A DNA stretch of 64,000 nt from Geosiphon pyriformis uo1 (taxonomy: Eukaryota > Fungi > Glomeromycota). Positions within the stretch are counted from its first letter, which is position 1, and each line of letters opens with the position of its first letter. The stretch spans positions 293,249 to 357,248 of the forward strand of contig JAAOMT010000515.1 in NCBI GenBank assembly GCA_016748015.1. Reading direction: 5' to 3'. The notes beneath the pieces are model-generated. The model saw only the letters and a list, made by a program, of their open reading frames with translations. It was not told the DNA's origin and searched no databases. Both the position numbers and the translations under genes were made by a program. Shown piece by piece: positions 39,620 through 52,639 of this stretch.

Positions 39620-39755
39620 GGTCTTCTCTTCCTTGAAGGGTTGACTGCTCAAGTCAATCTCAATGAAGGATGGAGCTGTACGCAAATGTACGGAGTGAAA
39701 ATTACTCCGGACCCATCCGAAGAATAGTTTTATCGTTCAGCTGATAAATTGATCA
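39620..39755 (+). ncRNA. Candidate omega-RNA scaffold plus flanking guide
   Basis: Stems directly 3' of the nuclease: GGTTGACT(39639-46)/AGTCAATC(39652-59), extended by CTTCCTTGA/TCAATGAAG; GGATGG(39668-73)/CCATCC(39713-18), enclosing CGGAGTGA(39691-98)/TTACTCCG(39702-09); and TCTTC/GAAGA. The position matches known TnpB/Fanzor omega-RNAs. Confidence 0.65.
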
Positions 39756-42652
39756 GGATTTTTTTAAAATATCGATGGGTTAGAGAGCGAATGTAGAAAT
39801 CAGAAATGATTAAGATACTCTTTGAAGGCTTAGAAATATATTTAAAGACTCTTAAGGTGGTAAGCTGATTCCAATTGCCAATTTGGGTCCGAAAATTATT
39901 TTTATTCATAGTGGTGCAAGAAATATAAAGGGATACTAGTCAACAAAAGCTTTGATCTGCTTTAAAACATTAGGATATCTCCATTTTTAGGCTTTTCCTC
40001 ATTCAAATACAAAATTTTTTGCCGCTTTGGAGGTTTTATACACAATTTATTCGCAAAGAATGAAAAAACAGCTGCAGCAGAACGATTCAAATATTGAGCT
40101 GCGCCAAATAAATCTATAAAAAAACATCAAGAATTCTTTGTAAAATAAATCAAAGATAACATTCAAACCTTTCTTGAATCAGTTGATACTTTGATAAAAA
40201 AAGTCACCTCTAATATACACGGGAAATTGCTTTATAATGTTCCCATTCTAAAACTATGAAATTTTCAAAGAATATTTTTCATCAATTGACCTTTTTTTCA
40301 GAGGAATATCTGCAAATTATTTACAATCATTATTATTGAAAAATGAAATTTTATGAAATATTTGATATATATATGTTGCACCCACTGAATTAGACTCAAG
40401 TTTAAAAGTAATATTTTTAAAATTTGAATTAAATTCAACCTTTCACTTTACTTTTTCCTTGGACTTTCAAAAAATTAGATCCCCTCCTGCGTAAATGTTC
40501 TTTCCAAATTTTTGAAATCGTATCAAAGTTCAGTTGTAACTGTCTTTCTTTTGATAAAAGTGTTTTATAAAAATCAAAGAATGCCCATACTTACGAAAAA
40601 TACACACTATTGAGGAAAAATATTCAATACCAAAAAAAACTTCCACCACTGAGAAAGTTCAAAATTCCTGTACACCGGATGAATTAATTCAATTGGGTAA
40701 TAATATATTTGCTTTTTAAAGTTTTTACTCCTTATTTGGTTTTGCGGCCCGGAAATGTGGGAGCTAATTCAAGAATTTAAAAGTATAAAAATTTTGTCCC
40801 ATAATTTAATATTTTTCATGTTTGTCCAATCTAATGTAAAGCATTTCTTTGGAATTTCCTAATTGTATCCTATTTCAGTAAAAAGGTTGGAAATTCTATA
40901 AAGAATAAAATAAAAGAGACTCCATGCAATTAGAATCAACCCTGCAGTATTATTTCAAAAATTTAAAGAATACTCTGAACATGAAGGTAATTTTATTATT
41001 GTAAAGAAAATTTAGAAAAAATCTACACTTTATTCGTCCAAGCCTGAACTTAAACAATTTTTGATATCTGTCTACAAATGAAAGGCAATGAAAAAACTTC
41101 TCACTCATGCTGTTTCTTATAATTTTATTGGAATTTATCCTCTAGACTATTTTTTGAGTTTCTGAAAATGGTCATTTATAATGACGGCTATGCACTTTAA
41201 CGTTTTGCAGTTTCAAAGCATGTTAAGACCTTTTTTGGTAAGACGATTGTAACATAACCTTCAAGAAAACGTATTGCATAACCAAATTTTGGAATAAAGT
41301 GTCTGAAAATACTTTATAATTTTAATAGAATTTCAAAACTCTTATTTCAAGCTCGATTTGTTCTTATTTTAGATCACCTGAATCTTTGAACCAAAGCATT
41401 GACGATTCTAGATTTAAGAAAGGCTTTAAATAAGAAATCTTTCAAAAATGACTTAAATATGACTATAATAAATTCCTAAAAAGAAACTAAAAATCGACCA
41501 AGTTTGAATAAATCTCACATTTATTGAGCCAATCAATGTATAGGGAGCGGGAGTGTGACATCTTTTCGAATAGGATAACAGACAATGTGTTTAAAAAAAT
41601 GAAAAAGGAATTTCAAAATTTTTTTTCATTCTTTTAAAAATAAATTTCATTCTTCTAATCAAAACTGCAGTCCTGTCATTATTAAATTCTTGAGGATATC
41701 TCACCTTAGGAAAAATTTACATGAGAAATGAAAAACATATCATTTTATTTTAATAAGAATTCGAAATGATGTAGTTTAAGATATTTATGTTGTTAGCGAG
41801 AACCATTAATTTCAAATTCAATTAAAAGCTGAAAAATTTAAAACCATTTCTACCCTGGTTTAATCTAGTTATCATTTCAGAGATCGGAAAATGATAGAAT
41901 TTTTGGCAGCTGGCCAAGATTATTCTTTTTAAGGAATTTCAAAAAATGGATTTACTTTTTCAAAGATCGTCCAATTCCGTAAATAGCTAAAAGTGCCAAG
42001 CACACATACACAAACTAAAAAATTTCTGCTGTGTGGGCATTTCAAAGACATGTTGTGATAATTAAGTGTTTATTTGTTTGACCGGTGTAGCATTTTCAGA
42101 CTCCTCATTTGTAAGTCCCATCAAAAAATATTTTTGCCCCTAAATTCACAAAGTTGACCCCCGAAATTTTGATTAGTTACACAAAGTAAATTGTGTCTCC
42201 TGATATCACTGGTCATAACTAGCAATCATCAAAAAGTATATTAAATAAACATATAATATAACCTGTTCTATTCAACAAAAGGCGTAAATTTGGCTTTTCT
42301 AAACGTTGTTGGGGAATAACTTTTTAATGAGGTTAAAATTTTCTCCCAATAAAAAAAAAGAAAACAGCAAAAAGTTAGCAAGCAAACCACTTTTAAAAAC
42401 TTTCTTCTTCTTGAACTTTATCAAAGCTGACAAATTACTATTTCTCCAATAATATTCAAGTAGTAAATCAAAAAAAAGTTCATATACTAAAATAGAAATT
42501 TATCAAATAGCCCTTGAATACAAGTAAAAATTTGAACATAAAATTTAAATAATCTTATAAATATGCTGAACTTTTACCTCAGCTGTCCAAATATCCAAAT
42601 TCCAAAAATCTTTTCTTCAACTTCACCAAGATTTTCAAGAAAAACAAATTCA

Positions 42653-43412
42653 ATGACAAAATTTTTAAATTTTGTCACCGTATTCCTTGTGATTTCGATA
42701 CAATTACAATTTATCGGAGTCTTCGCCTCAACTTGTGATCCAAAAGTGTTCACACCTACAAGCGTACCCTTAAAACCAATCGCTACAGAGCTACCAGCTG
42801 GTGGAAATATAACAGTAGGAGGAACTGTCACTATCACTGATGGGTGCACTTTTACCGTTACGAGGTTTTCATACTATTCGGCTTCACCATTAACGTAAGT
42901 TTGAACTTGAGTTTTCCTAGTATCGGCCAAAGATTATAAATTAGGGCATTCTAAATGGGAAGAATTGTCCAAATTTCTTCTTGAATAATTTAAGCCTCAT
43001 ATAAACCATATTAACCATTAACCATCATCTCAAATTACAAACAAACAGCTACTGGTATGGATCTAACTATACTAATGAAGGTGAATACGCATGGGCAGTT
43101 GTAGACGCTGTAGTAAGTCAGTTCGTAGAAGCGCCATTAGTAATTTACAAATTAAAATCGAATACGTCGTTCACCGATTTCTCGGTGTTGAAGTTGATTT
43201 CGGATCAAGATAAGATTGTAATTGCTATTGCTAATTTACGTGCCGCTCCTGCCTCCGCTGGAAAGAATGAAAATGGTGGGAAGAGCGGTGATGTTAATTC
43301 ATCAATTGGAAGTTCAAATGGTACCAGTGGGTATAGATTAAAGAATTTAGGGATTTTTGAAGGGTTGTCAATAGGTTTTATTACGATATTCGTTGTGGCT
43401 TTTAGTTTATAG
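42653..43412 (+). CDS. Secreted, probably GPI- or tail-anchored DM13-like protein, 2 exons
   Basis: Signal peptide MTKFLNFVTVFLVISIQLQFIGVFA; VGGTVTITDGCTFTVTRFSY..PLT|YWYG..FTDFSVLKL resembles DM13; intron 42895-43048; G/S linker and hydrophobic C-terminus. The gene model is firmer than the domain name. Confidence 0.75.
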
Positions 43413-46400
43413 GATAGAATTGAACGAGAATATGGAATTTTTGTTTACGACTCATTTAATTCAAAATTGACTTGCATCAAATCGTCAATCTCTATCGGAC
43501 TATTATTCTCAAAATTTTTAATTTTTAATTATAATTGATCTTGTTTAAATAAAAAAAAACTTGATCTCAAAAAATCAAAAAATTACTTGTCATTTAATAT
43601 AATAAATTCTCAAAATTGTATTTCAGATGATGATAGTATTTGTGGCAGAATTCCAAAGTTGCGTTTGGAGATTTATGCTATTTATAAGTTTAACTACTAA
43701 ATATAGATAGAATGATTTATTAAAAAAAATTATAAACCATAACTAATTCACTTGTTAGAATAAGTTTGGAACATAAAAATTCATCATATGATAGAATATA
43801 TATTTGAAACAAAAAACTTCAACTACTAGAATATTTTTCAGGGTGGGTGACTGACTTCTATTATTTACCTTGAATCGAAATTTGACGTAATAAATTTGGG
43901 TTTTCCAATTGTGTAAAAAAATTATGTCACATAATGAATTAAAAATGAAATACCAAAATCAATTTATAAGGGTTAGTTGCAAAAATGGGGGTTTTGTACT
44001 ATAATAATTTCAAACAATAAATTTAAATTTGTGAAAGATATTTTAGGGATCGAAACTTGATTCCTTCTCAAAAAAAGACCAAAGGATGTATCGTAATACA
44101 AAATGCATTTTTCTGTGGTATTTAGCATTATCGAGATTTATATTAAATTAATAACTAACAAGGGTAAAACCGATGCATACATACATATGATCTTTCTTAA
44201 ATAATAATAAAAATACTGTTCTCTTTTAATGCTATAGATTTTATGCTTGCCAAGAATTTTTTATGTTGATGATCCCTCCTTTTCGATTTTGTACAAATCG
44301 CGCGCTTTTGGCTTAATTTCCAAGATAATAAAAACATTTGTTTTCCTTATTTTACTCAAATTTTATGAGCGAAATGAATAAAATTTCATCTCTCATGTCA
44401 GCACAAAAAGTTAACATGATAAACCATATACTGATTACCTGAAATTTTTGACATATCTTCTCAATTCAGTTCATTCTAATTGCGAGGACTTTACATTAAG
44501 CTGGTGGTAAAGTTTTACCAATTAATATTTAAAATTATGAATATATTTTTGAAATAAAAACTTTAAAATAGATATCATAATTACAAAAATATTTTATATT
44601 CACATTTTACACCCTACCTCAGTTAAATAATTCATACTTTGAAATTTTAAAAATTTTTTGATTGGTTTTGAAATATTCCTGTAGATTATACATTTTCTAA
44701 TAATTCCTAAAATCTATTATTTTTAGGTTTTTTAGTATTTTTGCTCAAGATAATATTCTTATAAACCAAGCTAAAAACAATTTTTTTCTCATTTAATTTA
44801 GAAGAAGACCAAACAAACTTCTTTTTCAATCGTTCTTTCAACTTTAAATCTATCTTGACATTTCATCATATAGCGTTGTTTTCAATATTTGATAATCAGG
44901 CGTTTACTTTATATGTAAGTCTAAAATTTCCATAAAAATTTATTGCTTGACGAAATCTAACCATAAATATGAAACATGTTGGTCATAAAATTTTGGGGAT
45001 TTCGAGTAAACATCACAAGATCAAGAGATCTGGCTCAATATTTTGTTGTAATTAGTAAGAAGAAAGTATTTTTTAACGTTGCATTATATTACTATTATAG
45101 AAAATTTTCTTATCTTTCCCGTTCCAACTATTGAAGAGTTGTCCCATTCAATTTTACATCCCAACTTAAATAGGTTAAATTAACCTTAAAACTACCAGAT
45201 GAGGAAAAGGTTGTTTTCTTTTCAATTTAAAAAGATTTAATTTTTGGACAAAGTTTAAAATCTGATTTGCACAACCTAAATTTTTCTTTCAAAGGTGTAT
45301 ATTCTTTATAGAAGCAATAAATAACATTAGATGACCAAGAATTTTTCAACAAAATCGTATAAAGTGAATATTAAGTATGACGCTGTCTTTGTCATTGACT
45401 CAATTGTGTTTTTTTTCTTCCTCAGCACCCCCCCCAAATACAATCGCTGTTATTTCTGCTGCTGCCAACACTGAAATCGCGTATTGCATAGAGAAACATT
45501 CACCTTTTTTTAATCCCATCTCATGTTTTGAAAGCCCAAGGTAGCGAATCGCCAAACTTTTTTTCATTCTTCAGAGCTTTGCCGATCATTTTGCTGTATC
45601 AAGGAGAACACATTATCAAACAAAGGTCATTATTATTTTGGATCCAAAGTTTAAAAAGCATATAAGCCTTCGACTACAAATATAAAATTGGCAGGATTTC
45701 AATATTTGTACTCTTTTTTATAGTTTTATTGCATTATATAAAGGTGGTGATAAACAATGGAACAATCTCTTAATATCACAAACATTAAACTTGAGTTCCT
45801 TAGTATATGTATTGTTTAAAGATATATACATATAATAAATAAATATAAATAATTTTGATTCCAATTAATTTTTAATCAAAAATTCTTTTGTGATTAAAAT
45901 GAATGTATTATGCTTCTTCGTTCGGCAGCAATTCATAAGCTCTCAGCAATAAAAATATCTCTTTGAAAGATTGTTCAAAATTTTTTGAGAATTTCAGGTT
46001 TTAAGATCCATAGTTTGGTCCGTATTTCGAGTTTGATATGAAAACTTATGTGGAAAATCTGATTCCTTAATTCCTTAGCAACCTAAAGTACTATCAAATA
46101 GGTATTTTTAAAGTAAATGAAATGATTGCTATTTTAGCGAAATTTGAGAATTCACTTTTAATATAATTCTAGTAGAATATTTTATCGAAAATCTAAGATC
46201 AAGTAGTTAAAATAAAGCTCAAAAACTTGAATTTCTATTTAGCGGTTGAAATCTAAGATTTTTTGAAAAAATTGTTTTTAAACCTCTGTGAATTCACAAA
46301 AAAATCTGAAGTAGTTGGCCAACAAAATATGCAAAAAACCATGTCTAAAGTCGATTAGAAGCTTTTAGTGAGTTGACATTTTCGTTTGGATGGATTCTCA

Positions 46401-46974
46401 AAATCTTTTAAAGTGACTAGGTATGGATATGAGGCTCTAAAGATGCTGCTCTTTCTAAAAACTTCATAATTTTGAAATCACAAATTCTGTTAATAGATAG
46501 TAGGATGATACTTATACTATGACGCCTATTTTAAAATGGTTTATTTATTGGCCATAGATGGTCTTATATATAAGCTCATTTATTGATCATTTTTAAAACC
46601 AAGCTCATTTTGATATTTACCCAACTTGAAATATCATTATACTATTAATAGAGGTATGCAAAGTCAACGACGTTAAAAATGCAACATTTGTTTCTATTTT
46701 CGTATTGGGAATCTGGACAAATTCCGTGAAAATTTTTTTTATTGAATTTTCTAATCTTCCATTTGGAACGAATGGAAACTCTATGACCACATTTGGGAAA
46801 TAGTTAAAAATAGCGCTTCATTCTCAAAGATATTTTTCGTCAAGCAAATCCAATAAACCAAACTTTTAAGTGCAAAAGATTCTATACAACTCATTATTAA
46901 AAACCGAAAAAAGTATAGCTGAGAAAAGGAATCTCAGAACAGTTAAAAAACATCCTTACTTTGATGATTAAAAA

Positions 46975-49107
46975 ATGTTAGATGTACTTTTCATCCTTCC
47001 TATGATTTCATTAATAAAATTCATTCTGACTTTGATAGTAATTTCAACCAACGCCGAATATATACTTCCAATTATTAGACCAAAATTTTCCACAACGCCC
47101 CATATTCATGACTGGACATTTAATATTGCAGAAACATCCGTTTCTCTTGATGGGGAGGTCAAAAACATATCTACAGTTAATGGAAAATACCCCGGCCCTA
47201 CAATAGCAGCATTTAAAAATGATTGGGTTCGAGTCAGAGTAAAGAATCTTCTTTCAACAGATGAAAAAATTGCCATACATTGGCATGGAATTTTGTTGAA
47301 ATCTACCCCATGGTTTGATGGTGTCCCTGACATTTCACAATGTGGAATACCGAGAAATAAAGAGTTGTTGTATGATTTTAAGGCTCTGAATCCTGGAACG
47401 TATTGGTGGTATGCTTAATTGTGAATGCTTTCTTTTTGCGAAGAGCGATTCGATCAGGATATTTTCTCATAAAAATATTATTGATTCAGGCATTCCACTT
47501 CTAAAGGCTCATCTTTCGAAGGTTTAGTCGGACCAATTATAATTCATGATCCTAAAGATCCTCATTCAAGGGAATACGATGAAGAATTTATTATTATGCT
47601 TTCGGATTGGTTTCATGAAATATCAAATAGTCCAGAAAGTAAAAATGTAAGATTTTTTTCTCATAATCTGCCTTCTAATTACATGATACAGAACTTGCTA
47701 GTCACATCTCTTAAACGCTAGTTATACCCGACAGCTGGGCTAATTAATGGTAAAAATGGAATTGATTGTGCACATTCCAAATGTGATTCGAATTCTAGTT
47801 TTGCGAAATTCAAGTTTGAACAAGGAAAAAGATATCGCTTACGCATAATTAATTCCAGGTAAAACTATGTCTATTTTGTATATGTATAATTATTTTGGGG
47901 TTTATCATGAGATTATACGTTCGTTACTCACTAAATTCCATGATTTATATAAAGTGCACAGTCATTTTTCAAGTTTTCAATAGATGATCATATATTAGAT
48001 TTGATTGAAATTGAGGGCTTCCCTCTCATTTCAAATCATTTTCGAATTATTCCACTTGCTCCTGGACAAAGAGTATCAGTAATTCTCAAAGCCATAAAAC
48101 CAATCAGAAATTATTGGATGAGAGCTAATATTGATTCGAGCTGCTATTTTAGAAATCCTGGAAAAACAAAATTGAATCCAAATGTCAACGCAATTATTCA
48201 TTATGATGGCGCTGAAGAAGATGTGAAGCCTACGACCAAATCTTGGACAGACGATCTTGAAGCATGCGTTGACTTGGATCTGGAGAAATTGAGTCCTTTG
48301 CATTGGAGACCTGCTCCACCGCGTTTTGATCAACAATTTAATTTTGACTTGAAGATTGAGGTCGATAAACTGGGGAAACCTTTAAGAGGGTATTTCGGGA
48401 AACAGTCTAATGAGGTTGATACAGAATATCCAACTATTTCCAAGGTTTTTGATGGGTATACGATGTCTGATTTGAAGGCTACTTCTAAGGATCTGTACTT
48501 TTACGATAAATTTTGGGAAACTATTGAAGTTTTAATATCAAGTAAGTATTTTTTAAATTTTAGAAATAACCTTTTAATTGTTAAAAAGATTTCCATACCG
48601 AAACTTCCCGAAACCTTTTCATTGAATTAGATCCAAAGAGTGAATTTGGAGCTAGCGTTATTCATTTGGTTGGTTTTGAAACTTTCTTTGGAAAATGTAT
48701 TCGAAAACTCATTTTGATAGTCTAGTTATTTCATTCAATCCACAGCATGGCCACAATTTTTGGGTCATAGCCAGAAATATAGGGAATTATACAGCAAACA
48801 ATGTAACATTAAACACAAAGACACCCATCATGCGTGACACTGTCGTAGTTCCAAATGGTGGGTATGTTGTTCTGCGTTTTCGTGCAGATAATCCAGGCGT
48901 ATGGCAATTTTGTTCACGTACGTATTTTCCAATTAAATTTTCAGCATTTCGATCACTAAATAAAATTCTATTACTTATTTTATCATCTTAAAAGAAATTC
49001 AATGGCAGCTTGCACTTGGAATGTCAGTTCAGTTTGTTGAATTACCCAGCAGAATGAAGAAACTCTATTTTCCGCAAAAAATCAGGGATTTATGCTTTGA
49101 GTTCTAA
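46975..49107 (+). CDS. Secreted multicopper-oxidase (laccase/Fet3-fold) protein with degenerate copper sites
   Basis: Signal peptide; [83 protein letters not shown]|[39 protein letters not shown]. About 7 exons; stop at 49105-49107. Confidence 0.92.
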
Positions 49108-49800
49108 GAAAGAAAAATAATCCAGTATTTTAGACCCCCTGGCTGATATAATAAAATCTAACCTAACTTGGTCTTTATCTCTTTGATTCTCTGATTATAT
49201 TATTTTACATAAAGATTTAAAAGTATTCGAATTATTCTTTGGATGTTTTTTCTCGCGCATACAAAATTGTTTAATTCATTTGATATGAGAAAGCTCAATG
49301 CATTTACTAAATCAAAATCAACTTCTTTTTCATTATAAATCAAAAAATTACTGATATTTTATGATCTTCGAAAATTAATCCCGTTTTGATAAAATTTTAT
49401 TTCAACTCGAAAAATGGTTTATTGGTTCGGACCTTTTTATCATAATAAGGTGAACATAAGTCCTCGTTTCAAAGGAATATATGTGAATTTCATTTATAGT
49501 ATTATTCTTACTACCAAAATTTTTCTTAAATTATTTTTTAACTTGAATTCTGATTTAATTCTTTGAAAAATCCTCTTTTTGATGAGCATCTTTACAATTA
49601 AGCTAGTCTAAAATCACTTATCAATACTTTTTAAGACTTTATTCCTTTCAAAAAGTATTCAAAAGGTTTTCTCGTCGATATTTCTGTCAACACATTTAAT
49701 AATTTATGGCAATTTAAATGAAAAAGCTGTACAGAATAGATGACAGATTTAAGAATCTTGAGATATACCATCTTAATTTTACTCTGAATCCCCAAAAATT

Positions 49801-50894
49801 TTAATTTCCTCTGCTAGCTTTGACAACAAAATGGTTTAAATCACAATTAAACAATTTTTTATGTTCCCAAAACGTTAAATGGCCTGCAGTTTCATAAATG
49901 GTTATTTTCCCATTTTGAGCAGCCTCAAATAAAACTTGCCCTTCATGCGGGTACACTAAAGTATCTGCACTACCAATTATTATTAATATAGGAATTGTCA
50001 AGTTTTTAAATGCTTGGCTGGCTCCAGTGAAATCTTTGATGACTGGAAAATAAAGAACTTTTCAGGAATCGCATAATGGTTATTAGGAAAGCTAAAAGAA
50101 AGAAAGAAATCGATTTACTCACAAGAATCCTGAATTCCTCGAATGTAAGCTATGGGACTCAGAGCAGAAGCCCCAAGAAAAAGAAGAATCGTTTCTTCAT
50201 TTAGGGGGTTCGACCTTTTTCCTGTGAATGATTTAATAAATTCAAGTCTCGCAGTGATGGATTTGTCAATGTTATCATTAGCAGCTCTAGCAAAAATCGA
50301 AGCAGCTTTTAAAGTTGTTGAATTTTGTTCGATTGTTCCAGAAACTACGATATAGCTATTAACTTGTTCTTGTCCATATTTTGAGTAGTAAGCGTTTGTC
50401 ACTATAGATCCAAATGACCACCCAAGCAGCGATACTTTTTTTTTTCTAGTTCTATCAAGTACCGTATTAATAACCGCATTTAAATCATCGGCAAAAATTT
50501 CTAATCTATTATATTGTTCTATGTCTTCTGGCTTTTCACTATCTCCGTTTCCACGAAGATCATAGCGCACCAGATGTAAGTTTTGAAGTAATAATTTACT
50601 AGTGAATTGTGGAAACCAAACGAAACGAGATTGCATGTATGCATGAGTGAAGATTATTGTTGGATGTTTCGGATCACCGACTTCCTCAACAAAAATTTTC
50701 GTTTGATTAAATCCCAGGACGGTAAAATTTTTATAACCTGATTTAGTTGTTGACTCCAGAATCGGGAATTCATGAAAATAATTTATGGCTGATATTGGAT
50801 CAATTTCTTTAGGTTGATTCGTTGGAACTGCTCGGCAAAATGTAAAAATTATGAAAAAAATGATAAAAAAATTGCACCAATTTAAAATATTCAT
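49801..50894 (-). CDS. Secreted alpha/beta hydrolase, 2 exons
   Basis: Signal peptide; RYDLRGNGDSEKP; nucleophile GWSFG; intron 50122-50043; IPILIIIGSAD (Asp) and TAGHLTFWE (His) complete the triad. Confidence 0.9.
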
Positions 50895-52639
50895 TTTTGA
50901 GCATTTAGGCTTGGTGGATTAAAATTTAATATTTTTATTCTGAGGGAAGAAAATTAAAAGTTTGTTGAATTTAAAAAATCTGCAATATTTTTCAAGAAAT
51001 GCAACCTATTATTTATATGGCAAAATAATCATCTTTCAATCTTGAAACATGTCTATCCGTTTCAAAGTTAATGGTTTATTCTTGCCTTGTTTGCTATTTT
51101 GCTTCTAATTCTGAACTTTGACTTTTGTTTGTTTATTATGTATCGATTTGCCTCATCTCCGGTTGTGTTCCTTGCCAGTTTTAGAATTGTACAACCTAAT
51201 AAACAGGAAATCTCAAATTTCGGTGATTCAATCACTTTGTCGTGGCGTGTAACAACAAGGTCAAGTATCTTTTATGCATCATTGCGAAGTCCTCACCACA
51301 ATGAGTACTTATTCTCACAATGATTTCATATCGTCACAGTGACTTGTTATCGTCATAATGAAAAATTTTTTTGGGAACATTTGAATGCAACTGTATGAAG
51401 AATATAGCTAATTTTTGATGAAACACATATAATGAAATAGTTTTAAAATGAAAGAATGAAAGCCTGGTTTCAAAAAAAAAGAGTATGGTGTAATAATGCA
51501 AAAAGCTAGTATTTAAGACTATTTTAAATGACGATTTTTAATCGTCATTTTGACATGTTTGGCCGTCATATAGGAAGAAGGAATCAAAAAAGTGTTGTAA
51601 CCTTAAGGATAATTTATTGAAAATCTTGTTCATATTTTTCAAATGTTAAAAATGAAATATACAAACAAATTTTCACACTATAGCAGAAAATTTATGTTGC
51701 AAAAATTTAATTCAAAATTTTTTTTCCTAGGTAATATATGAATACCTCTAGTAATTGATGTATTTATAAACTCTGAGAAATTAATTCCATTAAATATTGA
51801 TATAAATTCTGGTTGAGCTTACATTCCATTTTCATGTTTGTATCAGGATTCAAGTTATATTGTGGCTTTTTGAAAATTGGATTTGGCCAATTTATTTATT
51901 TATTTTCGCTAAAACATCTTTGTGACCTTTTTTAGTCAATCGAAATTATTTGAAAATGTAAAAATATAAATAATAAATAATAATGTTTTAAAGCTCTAAC
52001 CTTTTGAGAAAATACAATCAAGTGATTTGGTAATTTTTGGCTAATGTTTCGAATATTACTCTCCTTATAATTTAATGAGAACATTTTTAAGTCATTTTTA
52101 TAAGACACAAAGAAGCTTAAATGTTTAATGCTAGTTGGCCAATTCTTATTTTTTGGAATTAAATATACTTATTATAATATTATGAAAATAATTAATAAGA
52201 ATAATTCCTGATCAAATGCAATTTTTTAATTTTATGCACTTAACTATTAAAAATAATGAAATTCAAGTAAATTCATATTTTCAATCTATATTTAAATTTG
52301 CTGCAAACAGATTTGATTAGAAATAAACAAAATTGTTTGTCAATTTAAAATTTAGATTTATTTCTAAAGAAACCATTATCAAATTTCCTTGAAAAGTGAA
52401 TTGAAATCGCTTTAAAATTTCAAAAATCTTCTAAATGAGTGGCAGTTGCTTAGCCTTATTTTAATTAACTTAAATTAGTTTTATGTTATGTTTTTTCAAG
52501 TCTTTACAGTATAAAATTACCAGAAAAAAATTCATCTAAGAAACAAACACAATGAATATAGTTAACTAAATAGTAAGTTGATCACAAAGTTCTTTTTATT
52601 TAATTCTCCCAATAAGTTTTACAGGTATTCAAAAATGTG

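Larger units (their letters stand above)
37742..39735 (+). mobile_element. Decayed IS607-like element (TnpA + Fanzor2/TnpB + candidate omega-RNA)
   Basis: TnpA and TnpB relics lie in the IS607 order, followed by a structured 3' region. The ends (after CCG at 37739-37741, and TTTTATCG ending at 39735) are inferred. Confidence 0.85.

Noticed and set aside
37742-39735. Currently active element or bacterial contamination
   Set aside because: Many stops and frameshifts, lost catalytic residues, CpG decay and intron-like inserts, all embedded among intron-containing fungal genes.
49801-50894. D14/KAI2-type strigolactone receptor
   Set aside because: Nucleophile motif is GWSFG rather than GHS(V/M)S, and the protein has a signal peptide.
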